Source of the DNA: an uncultured Methanomicrobiaceae archaeon
Lineage (GTDB): Archaea; Halobacteriota; Methanomicrobia; Methanomicrobiales; Methanoculleaceae
DNA: 64,000 nt
Assembly: GCA_963826525.1 (NCBI GenBank)
Contig: CAWGXH010000004.1
Coordinates: 224,001-288,000 of the forward strand
Direction of reading: 5' to 3'
Shown here: positions 57,685 to 64,000 of the stretch, piece by piece
How the letters are laid out: every line of letters begins with the position of its first letter
Position numbering within the stretch: position 1 is the stretch's first letter
Made by a program: the position numbers and the translations under genes
Notes under the pieces: model-generated
The model's database searches: none
Told to the model about the DNA's origin: nothing
Seen by the model: only the letters and a program-made list of their open reading frames with translations

Positions 57685-58050
57685 ATGCCGACAGTCACCT
57701 GGTTTGACATACCTGCCGACGATACCGGACGGGCGCGAGCCTTCTACGGGACACTCTTCGGGTGGAAGGTAGAGCCGTTTCCCGGCGTTTCCCAGGAGGA
57801 TTTCTGGATGATCACGACCGGAGAGAATGCCGTAGGAGGCGACCTCTACCGGCGGGACGCTCCCGGCCGGACGATGACGATCTTCATCGACGTTCCGGAT
57901 GCGGAGGAGTTTGCAAAGCACGCAGTCCAGCTCGGCGGGGCGGTGCTCACCGAGAAGACCGCCATCCCCGGCAGAGGCTATTTTATCGTCTGCGAGGATA
58001 CCGAGAAGAACCGGTTCGGCCTCTGGGAGAGCGATCCCTCGGCGGGATGA
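57685..58050 (+). CDS. VOC/glyoxalase family protein
   Basis: WFDIPADD..RARAFYGTLFGW, DTEKNRFGLWE. Confidence 0.9.
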   Translation: MPTVTWFDIPADDTGRARAFYGTLFGWKVEPFPGVSQEDFWMITTGENAVGGDLYRRDAPGRTMTIFIDVPDAEEFAKHAVQLGGAVLTEKTAIPGRGYFIVCEDTEKNRFGLWESDPSAG

Positions 58051-58138
58051 TCAGGGCGAAGCTCTGCATCCCTCTTTTTCCCTGCCGGGTATCCGGCCAT
58101 CAGAACGATTATGAGGAGCGGATGCGAGATGTACCGGC

Positions 58139-58591
58139 ATGGTAACGCTCGTTCTTGCCAGATGGTCGACCCGGTTCTGGGCGTGGCTCATCGATATCAT
58201 CCTTGTCGGCCTCCTCGGTTCCGTCATCTCCGGTCAGGTGGGATCACTCTTCCGCATTCCTCTGCTTCTCCCGGGGTTTGATGCCATCGGTCTTGACGGG
58301 CTGCTGCTCTTTCTCTACTGGACGGTGCTCGAGGGCTACCGGGGCCAGTCCATCGGAAAGATGGTCATGAATATCAGGGTCACGGGACGCACCGGAGAGG
58401 ATATCGGGTATGCCGCCGCAGCCATCGAGAGCTTTGGAAAGGCGTTCCTCCTCGTCATCGACTGTCTGGTCGGCTGGATCGGCATGCCGGGATCGAAACT
58501 GCGGCTCTTCAACCGCCTCTCAAATACGATTGTGATCGAGACGGAGTACCGCGAGCCGGAAGGGGTCAGTTACGTAAAACAGGATGAGTGA
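58139..58591 (+). CDS. RDD family membrane protein
   Basis: RFWAWLID, GQSIGK. Confidence 0.88.
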   Translation: MVTLVLARWSTRFWAWLIDIILVGLLGSVISGQVGSLFRIPLLLPGFDAIGLDGLLLFLYWTVLEGYRGQSIGKMVMNIRVTGRTGEDIGYAAAAIESFGKAFLLVIDCLVGWIGMPGSKLRLFNRLSNTIVIETEYREPEGVSYVKQDE

Positions 58592-58611
58592 GGCGACGGG
58601 CGGCAGACCCA

Positions 58612-59053
58612 TCACTCCTGCACTACCGGAAGACCCGCCGCCTTCCATGCTGTGATGCCGCCCTCGATCTCGTGGACCCGGGTGAAACCGGCATCCTGCA
58701 TCAGGCCAAGGACATTCCCGCTCCGGCCTCCCCCCTTGCAGTACCAGAAGGTACGTCGCATTCGGGTTCATCTCCCCGATATGGTCGGTGAACGAGGAGG
58801 AATCGACGTTGATCGCCCCGGCAAGGTGTTCGCCCGCATACTCGCCGGGTGTCCGGACGTCGACGACGATGAGATCGTCTCCGGCATTCGTCTCAATGAA
58901 CGTATGGGCCTCCTGTGGCGAGAGGGATACCGCCCCGGTTACCTCCTCTCCCCCGCCTTCTTCTCCTCCAAGGCCGCCTTCCGTACAGCCGGATGCCAGC
59001 ACCAGACCGGTGAGCAGAAGAAGGACCACCGTAATCCGCACAACCTCGTTCAT
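58612..59053 (-). CDS. Rhodanese-like lipoprotein; frameshift near 58745
   Basis: Lipobox LASGC, DVRTPGEY..HLAGA; restored frame YCKGGGRS...EGGITAW. Confidence 0.8.
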
Positions 59054-59155
59054 GCCGATCATGAGGAGGAGCAGGCCTGCCGGATATAAGTAGATGCCGG
59101 TCAAGGCGGGGAGAAAGATATATAGCTGCTTCGCTCACCGGGGGGAGGAAAAGCC

Positions 59156-60142
59156 ATGAGAACCTTTGCAACACCGAACGTCGTGGTGAGCAGGTGCATA
59201 GAATTCGACCGGTGCCGTTATAACCAGGACGTCATCTCGAGCCCCGTCGTCCGGGCACTGAAAGACCACGTCAGGTTCTTCCCGGTCTGCCCGGAGATGG
59301 CGATCGGCCTCGGCGTCCCCCGCGACCCGATCCGGCTCGTCGCTCCCGGCGATGCCACGCGGCTTGTACAACCGGCGACCGGGAGAGATGTCACAGAGCA
59401 GATGGAAGCGTTTGCCGAAGCATTCCTGGAGTCAGTCCACGGGATCGACGGTTTCATCCTCAAGTCGCGCTCACCCTCGTGCGGCGTGCAGGACGTCCGC
59501 ATCTACGGGAACCCTCACGGAGCGGCTGCCGTCAGCCGCGACAGCGGGCTCTTCGCCCGCGAGGTGCGAAGACGCTGTTCGCACCTTGCTATCGAAGATG
59601 AAGGAAGGCTCCGGAATTACCGGATTCTGGAGCATTTCCTGACCAAACTTTTCACGCTTGCAGAACTGCGCGAACTCGGGATAACCCGCACGCATGCACG
59701 GCTCCGGGAGTTCCACAGAGGCCATACACTCCTCCTCCGGGCGTATAATCCCGGGGAAGAGGGCGTCCTCGAACGGATCGCGAAGGATCCGGCCATGCCG
59801 TTCGATACGGCCTATCGGGAGTACCGGGAGCATCTCTCCCGTGCTCTGTCTCACCCTCCGGATCTTGAGGCCTACGTCCGGGTGATGACCGATGTAATGC
59901 AGTCATTCTCGGAGCGGCTCTCCCCGGATGAGCGGGGTCTCTTCTCCGATGCCATACGGAAGTACCGGGCAGGAAAAACGTCACGCTGCCCGGTCGTCAC
60001 TCTTCTCAAGTCCTGGGTGGTGCGGTTCGGCGAACCCCTGCACCGGGAGCAGAGTCTCTTTGCCCCCTACCCGGATGCACTCATGGAGGTGGATGAAGAG
60101 CGATCCGATAGCGGACGGGATCTCTGGCAGGAGACGAGCTGA
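59156..60142 (+). CDS. DUF523 + DUF1722 protein (2-thiouracil desulfurase family)
   Basis: VSRC, PVCPE..GLGVPR, LKSRSPSCG, EDEGRL. Confidence 0.9.
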   Translation: MRTFATPNVVVSRCIEFDRCRYNQDVISSPVVRALKDHVRFFPVCPEMAIGLGVPRDPIRLVAPGDATRLVQPATGRDVTEQMEAFAEAFLESVHGIDGFILKSRSPSCGVQDVRIYGNPHGAAAVSRDSGLFAREVRRRCSHLAIEDEGRLRNYRILEHFLTKLFTLAELRELGITRTHARLREFHRGHTLLLRAYNPGEEGVLERIAKDPAMPFDTAYREYREHLSRALSHPPDLEAYVRVMTDVMQSFSERLSPDERGLFSDAIRKYRAGKTSRCPVVTLLKSWVVRFGEPLHREQSLFAPYPDALMEVDEERSDSGRDLWQETS

Positions 60143-60147
60143 TCGGA

Positions 60148-60868
60148 TCAGGGGGTATCCCCGAGTTCGAGCGTGGTCGCATCGCCGCCGAGCATTCTCC
60201 GGAAGGTCTCGGGCGTATCGAGGGCAACTATCTCTCCGCCGTCGACTATGGCAACGCGATCGCAGAGGGCGTCGACCTCTACCACATGGTGCGTCGTGAG
60301 AATGATCGTAACACCCCGTTCACGGTTCAGCCGTTTTAAGTAGTCCCAGATGCCTCGTTTCGAGAAGGGATCCTGGCCGCTCGTGGGCTCGGCGAGCAGG
60401 AGGAGTGTCGGGTTGTGAACAAGGCCCCGGGCGATCTCGAGTCGTTTGACCATGCCGGGGGTGTAGGTCCCGACCGGGGCGTCCGCAACCTCGACGAGCT
60501 CGCTCCGCCCGAGTATCTCGTTGATCCGGCGATCGCGGATCCCTTTTTCGATCCCGTGCAGGCGGGCATGGAAGTCGAGGTTCTCCCGTCCGGTCATCTT
60601 CGGATCGAGGACTTCCTCCTGAAAGACGACGGCAAGGCTCCGACGGACGTCGCCGAGGTTCCCGAAGATAGCGAACGGCGACTGTTCTGCAAAATCGGGC
60701 ATGGGGATCAGGAGGGTTGTGAGCATCGAGACAAGCGTCCGCTTGCCGGAGCCGTTCGGGCAGAGGAGCCCCAGAATTTCCCCTTTCTTGACGTCGAACG
60801 GGATAGGGCCGCACGCCCGCATCCTGTCCAGGTGCCGGATCGAGCTCTTCGACGGTTATGACGGTCAT
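60148..60868 (-). pseudogene. ABC transporter ATP-binding protein (DrrA-like), degenerate and frameshifted
   Basis: Walker A CPNGSGKRT, Walker B LLLAEP (Asp lost), LTTH; N-terminus MTVITVEEL in another frame; no adjacent permease. Confidence 0.6.
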
Positions 60869-61501
60869 GGTATTCCGGGGTCTCGTGTATGCTTTCGGTA
60901 TTCCTGAGAACGGCCTTCTCCGGGTTTAGATCAGAGCCGGGACACAAAAACCGATAAAATCGCGCATGAGCGGATTTCTCGGAACGGTTTTGCGAAACGT
61001 TCCCTGCCGTGGGCGGATTGAAGCCTGCGGCTGACTACCAATCTTTTTTAATTATGCATATTTATGCGTTTCGGATTGTCAAAGAGCAATTTTATGCCGT
61101 TTTATATTATAATAATCAAATTTGAGTGATTATTTTCCCCTAAGGACGATGAGAGGGGGTTGCCTGAATAAGGACAGGGGTACTGCTCCCTGCAGCCCGT
61201 CAGCCTCAGGCCCCCGGGGCTTCCCCTTACATACCCGCAATCCAGACAGAATCCGCCGGAAAAACCACCCTCACAGAAGCCCGTAGACGGCCGATCTCGA
61301 GGCGAGGCAGGGAATCCATCCTCTCAAGATTACTGCCCCTCATATTGTCATTATATCTCGATAAATTTTCCGTATTTCGAGAATCCGACAGATATGCTCC
61401 GATTAATCTATGTGCCCAAATCCGCCCTCTGAAACTTTCGTTGAAATCAAAAAAACGGCATTTTGCCCTTATTTAAGGGCTGAGGGAGGGGTGTTTTCCC
61501 C

Positions 61502-62503
61502 TCACGCCAGATCGTTGCGCCGGAGGAACTCCCGTATCCCCCGGGACTCGACCCATCCCTGATCGAGTTGCCTGACGATACCGTTGATCCTCTGCACCTG
61601 CTCCGGGACACTTGCAGCGGTCTTCGCGTCATCCATGAGATCCGCCCGTGCCATGATCACCTGGAGGGGGTGGCGGACATGGTCACCGAGGATGGCGAAC
61701 TGCTCCATGTTCTGTTCGATCTGGGTATATGCCTGCCGCCGGACCGCTTCGTGGTGTTTCCGCTCGGTGATGTCGTGGGCGACGACCGTCGCACCGAGCG
61801 GCCTCCCCTGCTCGTCAGCGGTGAACGTTACGTCCAGGACCACGTCGATCGTCCGTTTATCTTTCGTTTTTATTGAATATTCGACATTTCTATCCGGTTC
61901 TTCCCCGCTCATCCAACCGGCGATTCCGGCCTGGAGACGAGCCCTGCCCTCCTCATCCATAATATCGAACGGATCCATCGCAAGCAGCTCTTCCCGGCTG
62001 TACCCGAGCATCTGGCACATGACATCATTTACCGAGGTGAGTCTCCTGGTCCTGAAATCAATCTCATAGATCCCCGCCGGTGCATATCGGACGAGTTCAC
62101 TGTATTTCCGTTCGGCCACTTTGAGCGCTTCTTCTGCTCGTTTCCGCTCGGTGATATCCGAGAAGACGGCGACACCATACCGGGTTGCCCCTACCGGACA
62201 GGTGATGGGTGCAGCGCTGACCGCCACAAACCCGGTGGTACCGTCCGCCCGGACAAATGCGATATCCTTGTTTGTGACCAGCTCTCCCGTGGCGATCGAC
62301 CGGAAGAGCGGCCACTCGTCAGGGTATGGCCGTTCGTCAAGGTGAAACCCGATCTCTCCGAACCGCTCCTGTGCCTTGTCGGCGGGGAGGTGATGCTGCC
62401 ACAGGATGCGGTTGACCTGTTTATTGCCGAGGACGAGCCTTCCGGATGGTGCTTCTGCGACGACCACGCCGGCCGGCATCTGGTCGATCACCGCCCGGAG
62501 CAT
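61502..62503 (-). CDS. PAS/PAC sensor protein with C-terminal HisKA-like helix, probably 5'-truncated
   Basis: Two PAS-PAC units (DITERK), then ILGDHVRHPLQVI; no HATPase; abuts a transposase fragment. Confidence 0.8.
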   Translation of the reverse strand: MLRAVIDQMPAGVVVAEAPSGRLVLGNKQVNRILWQHHLPADKAQERFGEIGFHLDERPYPDEWPLFRSIATGELVTNKDIAFVRADGTTGFVAVSAAPITCPVGATRYGVAVFSDITERKRAEEALKVAERKYSELVRYAPAGIYEIDFRTRRLTSVNDVMCQMLGYSREELLAMDPFDIMDEEGRARLQAGIAGWMSGEEPDRNVEYSIKTKDKRTIDVVLDVTFTADEQGRPLGATVVAHDITERKHHEAVRRQAYTQIEQNMEQFAILGDHVRHPLQVIMARADLMDDAKTAASVPEQVQRINGIVRQLDQGWVESRGIREFLRRNDLA

Positions 62504-62519
62504 GGCACGCTCGGACTCC

Positions 62520-62864
62520 CGCTGCCTTGACCGGGAGTTCTACACGCGGAAGGTCTTTGGGTTTCTGACCCGGCTGCAGGTGCCGTTCATCGTCCCGGTC
62601 AGGAAACACGGCAAACGGATGAAAGAACTGTTGCAGGGGACGAAGAATCCGGTGATCCGGTATCTCTATGCCATTATCTCCTTCCTTCTGAGGAACGTCT
62701 GGATCGCTCTGTTGTGGAAGCACTTCTTTCCGGTGAGACAGGGCCCGAAAATCATCGATATGCGCGCCTTTCGATTCGACTGGTTCATTGTCATAATCTG
62801 GGAAGCTATCCGGGCATCAATGGGAATGGTGAAGGGAATTCCACTGTTCCGGCAGCCGATTTAG
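62520..62864 (+). mobile_element. ISH3-like transposase fragment, internally deleted
   Basis: CLDREFY...PFIVPVRKHG joined directly to KNPVIRYLYAIISFLLRNVW. Confidence 0.65.
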
Positions 62865-62934
62865 AGGAAGGAGGGTGAAAAGACGTTGAATAAAATGAGA
62901 GGGAGGAAGAAGTTAGCGATATTACCGGGTCTTC

Positions 62935-63262
62935 GATTGCACGTTTGCACCCGTTTGCACACCTTTGCACCCGGGCGTGCAATCGGACACTCGGCGCTCA
63001 GGCGTTTTATACGGAAAAGACGGTTGTGGCGCCCGAATATCATCGACGTTTGCACTCATCCGGGATTCACAGCCATCGCTGCACCCACTACCCGCATCGT
63101 CGGGTAGGTTCTGTGGTTCCCCGGATGGGTGCACAATTACAGGAGTACCTGTACATATTTCTTTGTACTGTACTTCATTGCAAGAATAAACCCTGGAAAC
63201 GACGTTTTTCTGATTTGCACTTTTTCCAATTTTCGGGTGCAAACGGGGTGCAAAGGTGCAAA
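62935..63262. repeat. Cluster of TTTGCAC heptamers in two opposed groups (iteron-like)
   Basis: TTTGCAC at 62944, 62954, 62964, 63049, 63214; GTGCAAA at 63237, 63248, 63256. Confidence 0.75.
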
Positions 63263-63279
63263 CGTCAGAGCCGGGATCG

Positions 63280-63700
63280 TCCCGGTTCCCGGTTGCACCG
63301 TCCTCTTCCGCAATCCAGACCTCCGCCCTCGCCGACCACTGGCGGTATATCTCGTAATCGAATGAGAAGGTACTGTTCCCGCCGCTTGAGTTCAAGGCCG
63401 TACAGTTCCTCCACCACCGTCGCGTCGATGAGACTCACCGCCGGGCACTCCCCCGGGGCGGACATGCTTATATCGTTGCAGTGCCGAGTACCATTGGCGG
63501 TCCGGTGCATCCTGGTGCTGGAAACATGTGGTTGTGCCTGGCTGCCGCCGTAGATTCTTTTGTATCCTCTCTTCAATTCGGCCGGGACGTAGGTGCCCCA
63601 CTGCAACGGGTGCTTGCTCTGCGAAGGCGTCGATCGTCTCCCGGGTTCCGGGTTCGGTTTCATGCGTAACCTCGCTGCTGCATTTCACGATGCACCGGCG
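63280..63700 (-). pseudogene. Fragmented hypothetical gene, possibly the 3' end of an integrative-element protein
   Basis: Protein-like pieces in different frames: ECPAVSLIDATVVEELYGLELKRREQY / FSFDYEIYRQWSARAEVWI. Confidence 0.35.
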
Positions 63701-63858
63701 TCTTCATGAGGAGCGACCCGTTCTGCGTGCACCGCTTGATTCAGCGTGGAAAACGCGGTTTAAAAAGGTGTGGGGAGCGCGGTAGAAGTGAACGGGAGCA
63801 GCTCCCGGGAAGACTCAAGTTATTTCATCATGGGCGACATGAAGAGGGAAGGATACCC

Positions 63859-64000
63859 ATGCACGAGTATGTACCTGCCATAGCCATCGTGCCGTTTCCC
63901 GGAACCCTTGAAGAGGTTGTCCTGGCTCTTTTCGTCATCGTGCCGCTCCTGTTAATCTTCAGTTTTCTCCTGCTCAGCGAGGAGGCCTTCGAGGCGATCG
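63859..64000 (+). CDS. Start of a hydrophobic membrane protein (runs off the window)
   Basis: MHEYVPAIAIVPFPGTLEEVVLALFVIVPLLLIFSFLLLSEEAFEAI, open to the window end. Confidence 0.45.
   Translation, partial: MHEYVPAIAIVPFPGTLEEVVLALFVIVPLLLIFSFLLLSEEAFEAI

Noticed and set aside
1217-60868. Many frameshifts suggesting pseudogenes, programmed frameshifting or phase variation, including in the vWA array
   Set aside because: They also hit essential genes (rpl2, rpl3, rpl18, thyA, cbf5, S-layer) and some fall in homopolymers, as expected for long-read indel errors. Higher density in the array fits poor polishing of repeats. Raw reads would be needed to claim otherwise.
62935-63262. Short repeats as a CRISPR array
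   Set aside because: The repeats are 7-10 bp, occur in both orientations, lack regular spacers, and no cas genes are present.

Overview
Archaeal DNA, GC-rich, with gene content typical of a hydrogenotrophic methanogen of the Methanomicrobiales (mtd, mer, Tfx, NrpR-like regulator, PGF-CTERM S-layer glycoprotein). The first ~17 kb is the large ribosomal protein operon on the minus strand (rpl3 to secY, adk, cmk), followed by a histone-deacetylase-family gene and a threonine dehydratase. Upstream of rpl3 lies a ~720-nt hairpin-rich interval with no credible ORF. Next come tfx/mtd, an aldehyde dehydrogenase, galT-like, mer, an unusual long-tailed FtsZ/CetZ-like protein, nrpR-like, dcd and tRNA-Arg. 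At 26.6-39.6 kb there is a tandem array of four ~3 kb secreted Ig-like + vWA paralogues. They are patchwork mosaics of one another, each has its own TATA box, and a conserved spacer element separates them. After the array come a PEGA-type surface protein, AMP phosphorylase, the S-layer gene, thyA, tRNA-Gln, fibrillarin/Nop5, transporters, hemD, cbf5, tRNA-Ser and accessory genes. The window ends in a decayed mobile region (truncated PAS protein, ISH3-like fragment, iteron-like TTTGCAC cluster). Frameshifts occur even in essential genes (rpl2, rpl3, rpl18, thyA, cbf5, S-layer), so they most likely reflect assembly indel errors rather than pseudogenes. All product calls are from motif recognition; no database searches were run.
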